DNA of 64,000 nt from positions 48,686 through 112,685 of the forward strand of contig JANNVX010000086.1 of assembly GCA_031414595.1 (NCBI GenBank), in the 5' to 3' direction. The DNA comes from Deinococcales bacterium (lineage in GTDB: Bacteria > Deinococcota > Deinococci > Deinococcales > JAAFIG01). This document shows, piece by piece, positions 47,947 through 57,611 of this stretch; within the stretch, counting starts at the first letter, position 1; each line of letters starts with the position of its first letter. A model generated the notes under the pieces. The model was not told the origin of the DNA. It searched no databases and saw nothing but the letters and a program-made list of their open reading frames with translations. A program made the translations under genes and the position numbers.

Positions 47947-48522
47947 GGAATCAACGCAGAACAAGATTTATCAGACACGCCTATGCCCATCGAAACCCGT
48001 TTGCTTGAGGTCTTATCGGCTGCACTTTTAGCGGCAGGCAGACCCGTCAAACCAAAAGAGATTGGGCATTTGCTGGGTTTACCAACCGAATCGGCACATC
48101 GGTTAATCGAAATGCTGAAAAAACGCTTTCGGGAATCAGCATTGGGTTTTGACATCGAAGCTGTGGCGGGTGGCTACCGTTTAATTGTGGCTCGGGATGT
48201 CGTGCCAGCCCTCGAGCCGTTACTTTCGCCGCCGCCATTACCAACCCTTTCAAGTGCAGCCCTCGAGACCTTGGCAATCGTGGCATACAAGCAACCGATT
48301 ACCCGTGGCGAAATAGAACTGATGCGTGGCGCAGGGGCAGCCAGCACCTTAGAAACGCTGCAAGAACGCGAGTTGGTTAAAGTCATTGGACGCAAAGAAG
48401 TGATTGGCAGACCAATGCTGTACGCCACCACCGAGAAATTCTTGCTCGAGTTTGGGCTGCCTTCTTTAGAGGATTTACCACCGCTTGAAGATGGCGAACT
48501 CGGTGGGTTCTTGCGCGGTTAA
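47869..48522 (+). CDS. scpB: SMC-Scp complex subunit ScpB
   Basis: LSSAALETLAIVAYKQPITR, GRP.LY.TT..FL..FGL.SL.DLP. Acidic N-terminal extension, so the exact start is uncertain. Confidence 0.93.
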   Translation: MQRMTEDPILEAEETTVLEGTNAELEGINAEQDLSDTPMPIETRLLEVLSAALLAAGRPVKPKEIGHLLGLPTESAHRLIEMLKKRFRESALGFDIEAVAGGYRLIVARDVVPALEPLLSPPPLPTLSSAALETLAIVAYKQPITRGEIELMRGAGAASTLETLQERELVKVIGRKEVIGRPMLYATTEKFLLEFGLPSLEDLPPLEDGELGGFLRG

Positions 48523-48589
48523 GACTTTTTTCATGTGAGACTGTGAAATCGGTCTCATCCAAACAAAAAAATAAGCGTTACTCTATAGC

Positions 48590-49882
48590 ATGTGGCGCTT
48601 TTTTTGTTTGGTTTTGATTGGCGTGGCGTTCAACAATTCTTTGGCGGCAACCCTCGAGAAACCTCGAGTCGCAAGTTATGCAGGGTATACTCGGTTGGTT
48701 TTTGATGTCCCAACAGATGGGCTTTTTCGGGTCGAAGCGCTTGGAACAATTCTAAAAGTCACGCTATCTGGCAATAATGTTTCTGCTGCGACAGTCAGTG
48801 TCGATAAACCCGAGGTTCGTGCCTACAGTCTTGCTAATGCTGGCGGTGATGTGATTGCGATGATTGTCACCCCACAAGGAGTCTCGAGTCGGCGCGGTTT
48901 TCGGGTGCAGCGTTTAGAGCCAAGCGCTGGTAAAACGGGTTTTCGTTTAGTCCTGGATTTCAGTGGGGCATATTCAGATATTTCGCCACTACCGGCTATG
49001 GCTGCCTTAAAATTACAAAAAGCTAAGGGGCAGAATTTTAGGATTGTCTTAGACCCCGGGCATGGCGGTACAGACTCTGGGGCGTTAGGCAACGGTTTAC
49101 TTGAATCAACTCTCAATTTAGAGATGGCATTTCGGGTTAAAAAATGGCTCGAGGGGAGCGGAATTAGCATTGAAATGACCCGCACCGATAATCGGGTTTT
49201 CTCGAGCAACAAAAGAAGCGATTTGAATGCCAGGACTGAAATGTCTAAGGGCAAAACTGCCTTTGTCTCGATTCATGCCAATGCCCGTGAACGCAGTTTA
49301 TGGAACACCACTTTTGGCATGGAAGTCTATTATTTTGATTCCCAACGCCAAAAACCGTGGTTGGTCTCGGCGGCGGCTGAGCCTCAAGCCGAAAGTATTG
49401 CTGTGCTGCCCCAAGCCCCTGAGCCAGAACCGATTGCTGCCCAAACCAACATTGCTCTTGTACCCAGCACCCCCGAAACCCCAATTACACCCAACAGCAA
49501 CGGCTTTGGCACTTGGCAAGCCTTTGATCCAGTCAGTAATTCTGTGCCAGATACTTCAACACCGTTGTTATTGCTACCCACCAATCGTACCGAAGCTTCT
49601 CGAGGACTCGCCGCAGGGGTTTTAGCGCAAATGCTTGGCGCAACCAGCGCTTTTAATCGAGGGGTGCAGGTCGGCGATTATTATGTGATTAGAAACGCCG
49701 AATGCCCTGCTATTCTAGTGGAAATGGGCTTTGTGACTCACCCAATCGAAGCTGCCCAATTTAAGAATTCCAATTATCTTGACCGTATTTCTTATGGGAT
49801 TGCCCGTGGACTGCTCGAGTACGTCGAGGGCTTGGTTGTACCTGTCGATGCCCTGAGCAAACCACTCGAGCCAAGGCAGTAG
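48590..49882 (+). CDS. N-acetylmuramoyl-L-alanine amidase (Amidase_3) with N-terminal AMIN-like region
   Basis: Motifs TRLVFD, LDPGHGG.D.GA, SIHAN and AILVEMGF. Confidence 0.9.
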   Translation: MWRFFCLVLIGVAFNNSLAATLEKPRVASYAGYTRLVFDVPTDGLFRVEALGTILKVTLSGNNVSAATVSVDKPEVRAYSLANAGGDVIAMIVTPQGVSSRRGFRVQRLEPSAGKTGFRLVLDFSGAYSDISPLPAMAALKLQKAKGQNFRIVLDPGHGGTDSGALGNGLLESTLNLEMAFRVKKWLEGSGISIEMTRTDNRVFSSNKRSDLNARTEMSKGKTAFVSIHANARERSLWNTTFGMEVYYFDSQRQKPWLVSAAAEPQAESIAVLPQAPEPEPIAAQTNIALVPSTPETPITPNSNGFGTWQAFDPVSNSVPDTSTPLLLLPTNRTEASRGLAAGVLAQMLGATSAFNRGVQVGDYYVIRNAECPAILVEMGFVTHPIEAAQFKNSNYLDRISYGIARGLLEYVEGLVVPVDALSKPLEPRQ

Positions 49883-49885
49883 AAA

Positions 49886-49908
49886 TTCTGCTTCAAACAG
49901 AATATAAT
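49886..49908 (+). promoter_or_regulatory. RDRM-like (DdrO) 17-bp palindrome abutting a TATAAT -10 box
   Basis: TTCTG-CTTCAAA-CAGAA at 49886-49902, TATAAT at 49903-49908, ATG 6 nt later. Confidence 0.7.
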
Positions 49909-49914
49909 ACGTTT

Positions 49915-50772
49915 ATGTCCTTTGACCCACGTCAACACTTAATGAACCTTAAAGGCAAGGATTATTTGCCTGTGGCTGCTCGTTTAATCTGGCTAAACGA
50001 AGAAGCCCCACGTTACACGATTCAAAGCCAAATCCTCAAACTCGAGGACACGTATGCGATTGTTCAAGCTACAGTCACGGTTTTAGACGATACTGGCAAC
50101 GCAATCAAAACCGCTTCTGCCACCAAACGCGAAGACAAAACCCATTTCCCAGATTACCTCGAGAAAGCCGAAACTGGCAGTATCGGACGCGCCCTTGGAA
50201 TGCTTGGCTACGGCACACAATTTGCCCCAGAATTTGATGAATCGAACGGTTTACTCGAGACCCGAGTGGTAGACAAACCCCAAGCTCGCCCCAGCGAAGC
50301 CCCAGTTGCCCCAAGCCGCCCTCGAGAAGAAATCCCGACTCGTGCCGAACCAGAACCAGAAGAACCAGTGCGCCCCAAACTCGCCAGTATTCCGATGAAA
50401 CCAGCTTCGCAACTTAACGCCCCAACCAACGCCCGAAAACCACGATATGAAGAAGAAGAACCTGTATCAGCCCCAACTCGAGCAGCCGTTCCTGACATAG
50501 ACGACGGACTCGAAGAATATGACCACGGTGCAGTCCCCGACGAAGACCTTTTCAGTCACGCCAAAGTCGAACGGTTGCTGAGTATCGGCACAAAACTCTT
50601 TAACTTGCGCGGCGAAAGTCTCGAATACCGCTTACTTGAAGCGGCTGGCAAAATCCTCAAACGCAGCGTCGCCGACCTACACGCCCTACACTGGCGCGAC
50701 GGTGGCGAAGTCATGCGGCAACTCGAGGAGCAAGCCATTAAGCGCGGTGTGTGGGAGAGGAAAGCAGGGTAA
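49915..50772 (+). CDS. Putative Rad52-superfamily ssDNA-annealing protein
   Basis: N-domain KGKDYLPVAARL...VQATVTV...EKAETGSIGRALGMLGYG resembles the Rad52/Sak core. Pro/Glu linker and helical C-domain follow. Confidence 0.5.
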   Translation: MSFDPRQHLMNLKGKDYLPVAARLIWLNEEAPRYTIQSQILKLEDTYAIVQATVTVLDDTGNAIKTASATKREDKTHFPDYLEKAETGSIGRALGMLGYGTQFAPEFDESNGLLETRVVDKPQARPSEAPVAPSRPREEIPTRAEPEPEEPVRPKLASIPMKPASQLNAPTNARKPRYEEEEPVSAPTRAAVPDIDDGLEEYDHGAVPDEDLFSHAKVERLLSIGTKLFNLRGESLEYRLLEAAGKILKRSVADLHALHWRDGGEVMRQLEEQAIKRGVWERKAG

Positions 50773-50790
50773 GGAGAATTTTTTTTCTTT

Positions 50791-51630
50791 CTAATATGTG
50801 TAAAACCCGCGCCCAGATTTACGTCCAAGCAGCCCCGCTTGCACCATTTTTCGCAATAACGGCGAAGGACGGTACTTATCGTCTCCTAAGCCAGAATGCA
50901 GCACTTCCATAATCGCAAGACAAGTGTCCAAGCCAATAAAATCCGCCAAAGTAATCGGACCCATTGGATGGTTCATGCCAAGTTTCATGATTTGGTCAAT
51001 CGCTTCGGGGCTGGCAACACCCTCCATCACACACTGGATGGCTTCATTCAGCATTGGCATGAGAATACGGTTACTGATAAAGCCTGGGAAATCATTGCAC
51101 TGCACGGCTGTTTTACCCATTTTGGCACTGGTCTCGAGAATAAGATTTGTGGTGGTGTCCGAAGTTAAATGCCCACGAATCACTTCTACCAAAGTCATTA
51201 AAGGCACAGGGTTCATAAAGTGCATTCCAATAAATTGCTCTGGGCGACCTGAAGCTGTAGCTAGGGCAGTAATTGGAATACTCGAGGTGTTGCTTGCCAG
51301 TACCCCAGAAGGCTTGACAATCCGACCAAGTTCAGCAAACAATTCAAGTTTAATGTTTTTGTCCTCGAGAATCGCTTCGACCACCAAATCACAATCGGCA
51401 AAATCTTGTAGCGAAGTCGTGGTTTTTATTCGTGCCAGTGCTGCATCCATTGCGCTGCTCTCGAGTTTAGCTTTTTCCACCAGTTTAGCCAGAGATTTCT
51501 GAATTCCAGCCATCCCACGCTCGAGAAAGCGGCTTTCCACATCACGCAGCAGCACCTCAAAACCCGCCACAGCCGCAACTTGGGCAATTCCAGCCCCCAT
51601 TTGACCCGCACCAATCACTCCAAATTTCAT
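50791..51630 (-). CDS. hbd: 3-hydroxybutyryl-CoA dehydrogenase
   Basis: Motifs GAGQMG, SNTSS, GMHFMNP, GFISNR and HPMGP. Confidence 0.92.
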   Translation of the reverse strand: MKFGVIGAGQMGAGIAQVAAVAGFEVLLRDVESRFLERGMAGIQKSLAKLVEKAKLESSAMDAALARIKTTTSLQDFADCDLVVEAILEDKNIKLELFAELGRIVKPSGVLASNTSSIPITALATASGRPEQFIGMHFMNPVPLMTLVEVIRGHLTSDTTTNLILETSAKMGKTAVQCNDFPGFISNRILMPMLNEAIQCVMEGVASPEAIDQIMKLGMNHPMGPITLADFIGLDTCLAIMEVLHSGLGDDKYRPSPLLRKMVQAGLLGRKSGRGFYTY

Positions 51631-51696
51631 AACTAGATTCTACCCTGTCTATGCTACTTACTCGAGCTTTTCACAACCTACCCGTACACTGCCCTC

Positions 51697-52917
51697 ATGC
51701 AAAATTTTCCATTGCCAGATGCTAGGGGGCGCTTTGGTCGGTTCGGCGGGCGGTACGTGCCAGAAACCCTGATTCCAGCCTTAGATGAACTCAACTCGGC
51801 GTACCAAGAAGCCAAAGCCGACCCTGTTTTTATGGCTGAGTTTGAGCGTATTTTGCGTGAATTTGTCGGTCGCCCAAGTTTACTGTACTTTGCCAAGAAC
51901 CTGACCGAACGCCTTGGTGGAGCAAAAATATACTTAAAACGCGAGGACTTAAACCACACTGGGGCGCATAAAATCAACAACACTATCGGTCAAGTCATGC
52001 TGGCTAAACGCATGGGCAAAAAACGGATTATTGCCGAAACTGGCGCAGGTCAGCACGGGGTTGCCACTGCCACCGCTTGTGCCTTATTTGGTCTTGAGTG
52101 CATTGTTTACCAAGGCGAAGAGGATGTACGCCGTCAGGCATTGAACGTCTTTAGAATGAAATTATTGGGCGCAGAAGTCCGCCCAGTCTCGAGTGGCACA
52201 CGCACTCTCAAAGATGCCACCAACGAAGCGATTCGTGATTGGGTCACGAATGTTCGCAGTACCTTCTATGTGCTTGGTAGCGTCGTCGGACCTCACCCGT
52301 ACCCCGCGATGGTACGCGATTTCCAGAGTGTCATAGGCGAAGAAACCAAGACGCAACTACTTGAACTCGAGGGCAGAATAAATCCGGATGCGATTGTGGC
52401 TTGTGTTGGCGGCGGCAGCAACGCGATTGGTATTTTTGCGCCTTATGCCTATTGTGAAAACCGCCCACGTTTAATTGGCGTAGAAGCGGCTGGACATGGG
52501 GTCGAATCTGGGCTTCATGCAGCGAGTGTGGCGGGTGGCAAAATTGGTGTGCTGCACGGTTCGTTAATGTATCTTCTGTACGATGAAAATGGTCAGATTG
52601 TACCCGCCCACAGTGTTAGTGCAGGACTCGATTACCCCGGTATTGGACCAGAACACAGTTATTATGCGGCGCATGGAGTCGCCGAGTATGTGCCAATCAC
52701 TGACCGTGAAGCACTCGAGGGATTCAAATTATTAAGCGAATGCGAAGGCATCATTCCCGCCCTCGAGACTGCCCATGCCATCGCGCACCTCAAAACCCTC
52801 GCGCCAGAACTTGGCAAAGACAAAGTAATCGTTGTCAACCTATCCGGACGAGGTGACAAAGATGTCCAAGAAGCCATGCGCGTCATGACTGATATGGAAA
52901 ACGCCGCCAAAGCCTAA
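51697..52917 (+). CDS. trpB: Tryptophan synthase beta chain
   Basis: Motifs [22 protein letters not shown] and NLSGRGDKD. Confidence 0.97.
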   Translation: MQNFPLPDARGRFGRFGGRYVPETLIPALDELNSAYQEAKADPVFMAEFERILREFVGRPSLLYFAKNLTERLGGAKIYLKREDLNHTGAHKINNTIGQVMLAKRMGKKRIIAETGAGQHGVATATACALFGLECIVYQGEEDVRRQALNVFRMKLLGAEVRPVSSGTRTLKDATNEAIRDWVTNVRSTFYVLGSVVGPHPYPAMVRDFQSVIGEETKTQLLELEGRINPDAIVACVGGGSNAIGIFAPYAYCENRPRLIGVEAAGHGVESGLHAASVAGGKIGVLHGSLMYLLYDENGQIVPAHSVSAGLDYPGIGPEHSYYAAHGVAEYVPITDREALEGFKLLSECEGIIPALETAHAIAHLKTLAPELGKDKVIVVNLSGRGDKDVQEAMRVMTDMENAAKA

Positions 52918-52920
52918 ACC

Positions 52921-53009
52921 GTAGGGGCTAGGCACGCCTAGCCCAACCCGCAAAAGCCAATGTAGATAGCAAAAAGCCAATCAGGACAGACACGGGGGTC
53001 TGTCCCTAC
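52921..53009. repeat. Inverted pair of GTAG-family REP-like palindromes between trpB and trpA
   Basis: GTAGGGGCTAGGCACGCCTAGCCC ... GGACAGACACGGGGGTCTGTCCCTAC. Confidence 0.75.
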
Positions 53010-53021
53010 AAAGGAAAACCT

Positions 53022-53795
53022 ATGAACCGAATCGAAACTGCTTTTTTTAACGCCAAATCCGAATCTCGAGCCGCATTTATTGCCTATCTACCGGCTGGCT
53101 TCCCGACCCTCGAGGGATTTCATACAGCTGCCAATACCATTCTCGAGTACGCTGATGCTCTGGAAATCGGTTTACCCTACTCTGACCCACTCGGCGACGG
53201 TCCAACGATTCAAAAAGCGGGTGAACGCGCCCTCGAGAATGGCATGACAGTTTTGGGGACGTTCGCGGCGGCAAGGGAACTTCGTAAAAATTCTGATAAA
53301 GCCCTTTTTATCATGACCTATTACAATCCAATTCTGGCAACAGGCGAAGCTGAATTTGTGGCTGGGGCTGTTGCAGCAGGTGTGGACGGGTTGATTCTGC
53401 CAGACCTTCCCCCAGACGAAGCCGATACTTTAATTCCAATAGCCGAAAAAGCTGGTTTGAAACTCACATTTTTACTTGCGCCAACCAGTACCCAAAACCG
53501 GATTGATTTGGTGACAGCCTCGAGTACAGGTTTTGTTTATGCAGTATCAGTGACGGGTGTGACTGGCGCTCGAGTTGGGATTCCCGAAGAAGTACCACTT
53601 ATGGTGGCAAAGATTAAAGCCAGTACCTCTAAGCCTGTGGCGGTGGGTTTTGGGGTCTCGAATTTTGAGACTGCTCAAGCCGTGGCTCGAGTCGCCGATG
53701 GCGTGGTAGTTGGTAGTGCGTTGGTATCAGCCGCAGCAAAGGGTTCGGGGCTACCCGAATTATGCGCCGAGATTCTAGCGGGTTGTGCCAAATGA
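53022..53795 (+). CDS. trpA: Tryptophan synthase alpha chain
   Basis: Motifs EIGLPYSDP..DGPTIQ, GVTG, VGFG and DGVVVGS. Confidence 0.96.
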   Translation: MNRIETAFFNAKSESRAAFIAYLPAGFPTLEGFHTAANTILEYADALEIGLPYSDPLGDGPTIQKAGERALENGMTVLGTFAAARELRKNSDKALFIMTYYNPILATGEAEFVAGAVAAGVDGLILPDLPPDEADTLIPIAEKAGLKLTFLLAPTSTQNRIDLVTASSTGFVYAVSVTGVTGARVGIPEEVPLMVAKIKASTSKPVAVGFGVSNFETAQAVARVADGVVVGSALVSAAAKGSGLPELCAEILAGCAK

Positions 53796-54136
53796 TTGTT
53801 CTGTCTATCTTATTTATTTTTGCTGGCATCATGCACTTTGTAACACCAAATTTCTTTGTGCAGATTGTACCACCACCACTGGCAGCTTGGGCGCTTGAAC
53901 TGACCTATATTTCTGGGGTTTTTGAGATTCTGGGCGGAATTGGGCTTTTACTGCCGCAGTCTCGAGTGTGGGCGGCTTATGGCTTAATGGCATTGTTGGT
54001 GGCGGTATACCCAGCCAACATTTACATGGCACTCGAGCCAGCTAAATTCCGAGTGCCAGCTTGGATTGCTTACGTGCGGCTGCCTTTGCAGTTTGTGATG
54101 CTCTGGTTTTTATGGCAGATTGCCCAGAAGCCTTAA
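53792..54136 (+). CDS. DoxX-like membrane protein
   Basis: AG.MHF, SGVFEILGG, PANIYMA and RLPLQ. ATGA overlap with trpA. Confidence 0.8.
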   Translation: MIVLSILFIFAGIMHFVTPNFFVQIVPPPLAAWALELTYISGVFEILGGIGLLLPQSRVWAAYGLMALLVAVYPANIYMALEPAKFRVPAWIAYVRLPLQFVMLWFLWQIAQKP

Positions 54137-54858
54137 AGCCCAAGGTAAGCCCGTTTAATTTCTGGATTTTGCAGTAAGTCTTTGCTGTTTCCAGTAATAA
54201 TCAGTTTTCCATGCTCGAGAACATAGGCTCGGTCTGTAACTTTTAAGACTTGTCGCACATTTTGTTCAACCAACAGCACCGTGAGTTGTAACTGCCGCAA
54301 ACTATGAATGACTTGCATCACTTCTTGTACCACTTTAGGAGCAAGCCCTAAACTTGGTTCGTCCATCAGCAGTAATTTCGGTTCGCTCATCAGGGCGCGT
54401 CCTATCGCAATCATTTGTTGTTCGCCGCCCGATAATGCCCCAGCAAAGAGTTTGCGCTTCTCGAGCAAACGCGGAAAAAAAGCATAGACTTTCTCGAGAT
54501 TTTCTTTGCGCCGTGGTTTGCAACGCGGTAAGTACGCCCCCATCTCAAGGTTTTCTTCGACCGTCATTGCCCCAAAGAGTTGTCTGCCCATTGGTACATG
54601 GGCAATCCCAAGGTCAGTTAATTGATGCGGACTAACGCCATTGATACTACTTTTTTGGTAAGTCATGCTTCCAGCTTTGGCTTTAAGCATCCCAGAAACC
54701 GCCCGTAAAATGGTGCTTTTGCCGCTGCCATTGCCACCGACTAAGCCGACAAGCTCGCGCTCATGCACAGCCAATGACACGCCAAAAACCACCTGCACAT
54801 CGCCATAAGCCAAGTCTAAATCCCGCACCTCGAGCAGTGCATTTGTTTCAGTCATCAT
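54133..54858 (-). CDS. livF: Branched-chain amino acid-type ABC ATP-binding protein (LivF-like)
   Basis: Motifs GGNGSGKST, LSGGEQQM, DEPSLGLAP and LVEQN. Confidence 0.88.
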   Translation of the reverse strand: MMTETNALLEVRDLDLAYGDVQVVFGVSLAVHERELVGLVGGNGSGKSTILRAVSGMLKAKAGSMTYQKSSINGVSPHQLTDLGIAHVPMGRQLFGAMTVEENLEMGAYLPRCKPRRKENLEKVYAFFPRLLEKRKLFAGALSGGEQQMIAIGRALMSEPKLLLMDEPSLGLAPKVVQEVMQVIHSLRQLQLTVLLVEQNVRQVLKVTDRAYVLEHGKLIITGNSKDLLQNPEIKRAYLGL

Positions 54859-55573
54859 CTTCACCGCCTCCAAGGTAGGCATCGATCACCACGGGATTAT
54901 TCGAGATTTCTGTGGGCGTTCCCTCAGCAATTTTTTCACCAAACGCCATACAGATAACACGGTCTGAAAGAGTCATAATCACCCGCATAATATGTTCCAC
55001 CATAACAATGCCAATACCAGTTTCGGAAAGTTTTTTAACAAAGCCAATCATTTCGGACTGGGCTGGTGGATTTAGCCCCGCAATCACTTCGTCTAAGAAT
55101 AAAACTTTTGGCTCGAGGGCAAGGGCTTTACCAATTTCAAGCCGTCTGCGCCGTGCAAGGTTTAACTCCGAACATTTTTGATTAGCGCGGTCGAGCAGCC
55201 CAACTTTCTCGAGGACATCAGTGGCATGGTGCTTGGCGGCTTTGGGCTGGCTGTGCTTCAAAAAACTGCTAATCATCACATTCTCGAGAACCGTTAAATC
55301 CTCAAATGGGCGTTCGACCTGAAAAGTTCGTGCCACACCAAGTCTGGGCAGTTCAAAAGGCGGAGTATTGGTAATGTCACGGCTTCCCAGCATCACTTTT
55401 CCACTGGCTTTAGGCACAAAACCGGTTAGGGCATTAAATAGCGTGGTTTTCCCCGCCCCGTTTGGTCCGATTAATCCCAGAATTTGCCCTGCTTCTAGGC
55501 TGAGGCTAACATCATGGACGGCTTTGACTCCACCAAACTGGACTCCAATACGCTCAGCAACAAGCAGGCTCAT
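54848..55573 (-). CDS. livG: Branched-chain amino acid-type ABC ATP-binding protein (LivG-like)
   Basis: Motifs GPNGAGKTT, RTFQ, VEH and AYLG. Confidence 0.88.
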   Translation of the reverse strand: MSLLVAERIGVQFGGVKAVHDVSLSLEAGQILGLIGPNGAGKTTLFNALTGFVPKASGKVMLGSRDITNTPPFELPRLGVARTFQVERPFEDLTVLENVMISSFLKHSQPKAAKHHATDVLEKVGLLDRANQKCSELNLARRRRLEIGKALALEPKVLFLDEVIAGLNPPAQSEMIGFVKKLSETGIGIVMVEHIMRVIMTLSDRVICMAFGEKIAEGTPTEISNNPVVIDAYLGGGEDDD

Positions 55574-56532
55574 ACTTTTCCTTTCTCGAGCGGATGATTT
55601 TTTCGGTACGCCCAATACTCGAGTGACCCCAGAATCCCTTTGGGCAGGTAAATCACGATTACCACAATCAGGATACCGTAAACCAAGAGATTAGCTTCTT
55701 TAAGTTGGTCACGAAAAATTTCTGATGGCACAGCAATTAAAAACGCACCGACCAGCGGACCATAAATTGTGCCTCGTCCTCCAATAATTGCCAGTAATGC
55801 AACTTGAATACTAAAGGCGATTAACAAAAACGTTTCGGGTTCAAAGGCTTGCAAAAAGATCGCGTACATTGCCCCGCCCAAGCCCGTAAAAGCTGCCGAG
55901 CAAACAAAAGCCAGTTGTTTGGCTTTATTCGGGTTGACCCCAAGTGCCATTGCCCCGTCTTCATCCTCGCGTACCGCCTTAAAGTAAAAGCCCATTCTCG
56001 AGTAGCGCATCCAGTGGGTAAAAAGCAGCACCAGCAAGACAAAAAGCAGCACCATGTAATACTCTACTTTGCGGTCAAACAAGTCAAAACCAAATATTTT
56101 TGGCAAATCTGGCACAAATTTACCTTCTGCGCCGCCTGTCAGCCACGATTCATTGAGGATTATCAAACGAATGATTTCGGCAACTGCAATGGTGGATAGT
56201 GTAAAGTACGAACCACGTAACCGAAAAGTGGCTGCACCCCAGCCCCAAGCCAGTAGGCTCGAGAGTGCTGCACCAATTAAAGCCCCTACAACTGGATGAA
56301 CCCCGCGTTCGGCGAGGAGTGTGACGGTATACGCTCCAACACCCACAAAAGCCGCATGACCAAGGCTGTTCTGCCCAGTCCAACCCCCCAGAATATCCCA
56401 CGACAAAGCAAAACCAGCCAGTAAAAGGGTTGCCACCCCAAAGTTCATAAACTGCCCAAAAAACATTGGGTACAACGCCAAAACACCAATCACCAGCGCT
56501 AAGGTGTACATCGGATGCCAGTTTTTAATCAT
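55570..56532 (-). CDS. livM: Branched-chain amino acid-type ABC permease (LivM-like)
   Basis: Motifs GQ.SLGHAAF, RLRG.YF and IIGGRG. Confidence 0.88.
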   Translation of the reverse strand: MIKNWHPMYTLALVIGVLALYPMFFGQFMNFGVATLLLAGFALSWDILGGWTGQNSLGHAAFVGVGAYTVTLLAERGVHPVVGALIGAALSSLLAWGWGAATFRLRGSYFTLSTIAVAEIIRLIILNESWLTGGAEGKFVPDLPKIFGFDLFDRKVEYYMVLLFVLLVLLFTHWMRYSRMGFYFKAVREDEDGAMALGVNPNKAKQLAFVCSAAFTGLGGAMYAIFLQAFEPETFLLIAFSIQVALLAIIGGRGTIYGPLVGAFLIAVPSEIFRDQLKEANLLVYGILIVVIVIYLPKGILGSLEYWAYRKNHPLEKGKV

Positions 56533-57452
56533 ACGCGCTTCACCGTCCTGCCGAATAAACCATTAGGACGCAGCAACAGCACCAACAAGAAAATAATTAA
56601 GCCGTAGGCATCGCGGTAATTGCTGCCAAAATGATTATTTAAGGCTGGAATCAGTGGCAGGACACTCGAGCCGACGCTTTCGACCACGCCCAGCAGTAAA
56701 CCCCCACCGATTGCGCCCGGTAAGCTGCCAAGCCCACCCAGAATGGTGACAATAAATGCCTTATTGGTAAAGGTTGTACCGAGCGTTGGTGTCGCCGATA
56801 ACAACGGAATTAAAAGCACACCCGCCGCGACTGCCAAGCCCATACCAAGCCCAAAAACGATGGCATAGATTTTTTTGGTATCCACGCCCTGTAACTCTGC
56901 GCCAAGGCGGTTTTGAGCCGTTGCCCGAATCGCCCGACCCAATTCAGTACGGTAGAGCATCCAATTTAAGCCAAGAATCAAAATCGCCGTAATGACCACC
57001 GCAATTAAACGCGCCTGAGAAATCCGAAACTCGAGACCACCAACTGGAATCACAAAAGCATTGGTCGCATAATCGGCATACACGGTTTGTGGTTGCGCCC
57101 CGAACTGCAACAGCATGAGGTTGCTTGCCACCAAACCCAAACCCAATGTGGCGAGTTTTGTGGTTTGCTCCGAAGCCCCAAGAAGTTTAGATAAAATCAG
57201 GCGGTGCATGGCAAAGCCAAGACCATACGCCAACGGTAAGACCAAAATAAGACTCAGGTACGGGTCAAAACCAATCACTTTATTGGCAAAAAAAGCCGAG
57301 TACATCCCGAGAATTACAAAATCACCATGACCAAAGTTGATTAAGCGCATCACTCCAAAAATCAGGCTTAGACCCGCCCCAATCATGGCGTAAATCCCAC
57401 CAGTCAATAAGCCATCTATTAAGGCTTGTGTGCCTTGTGTAAAAATTTCCAT
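56529..57452 (-). CDS. livH: Branched-chain amino acid-type ABC permease (LivH-like)
   Basis: Motifs NFGHGDF, GRAIRA, ILGGLGS and RPNGLFG. Confidence 0.88.
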   Translation of the reverse strand: MEIFTQGTQALIDGLLTGGIYAMIGAGLSLIFGVMRLINFGHGDFVILGMYSAFFANKVIGFDPYLSLILVLPLAYGLGFAMHRLILSKLLGASEQTTKLATLGLGLVASNLMLLQFGAQPQTVYADYATNAFVIPVGGLEFRISQARLIAVVITAILILGLNWMLYRTELGRAIRATAQNRLGAELQGVDTKKIYAIVFGLGMGLAVAAGVLLIPLLSATPTLGTTFTNKAFIVTILGGLGSLPGAIGGGLLLGVVESVGSSVLPLIPALNNHFGSNYRDAYGLIIFLLVLLLRPNGLFGRTVKRV

Positions 57453-57520
57453 AAACTCCCTTCAAATTATTTTCTCGAGAAATAGACCCTCTGAAAGAAT
57501 GCCATTTCATCGTTAGCTAC

Positions 57521-57594
57521 AGGACAGACACAGGGGTCTGTCCCTACGGTTTTGGGGTGAAAAGTGAGGTAGGGACGAACCCCGTGTTCGCCCT
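57521..57594. repeat. Pair of GTAG-family REP-like palindromes
   Basis: AGGACAGACACAGGGGTCTGTCCCTAC (one mismatch to 52983) and GTAGGGACGAACCCCGTGTTCGCCCT (similar to 33071). Confidence 0.75.
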
Positions 57595-57611
57595 GTATTT
57601 CTCAAGTCAAT

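Noticed and set aside
48536-48558. TGAGAC...GTCTCA inverted repeat before the amidase gene
   Set aside because: Only 6-bp arms. It could be an operator or weak terminator but is not supportable.
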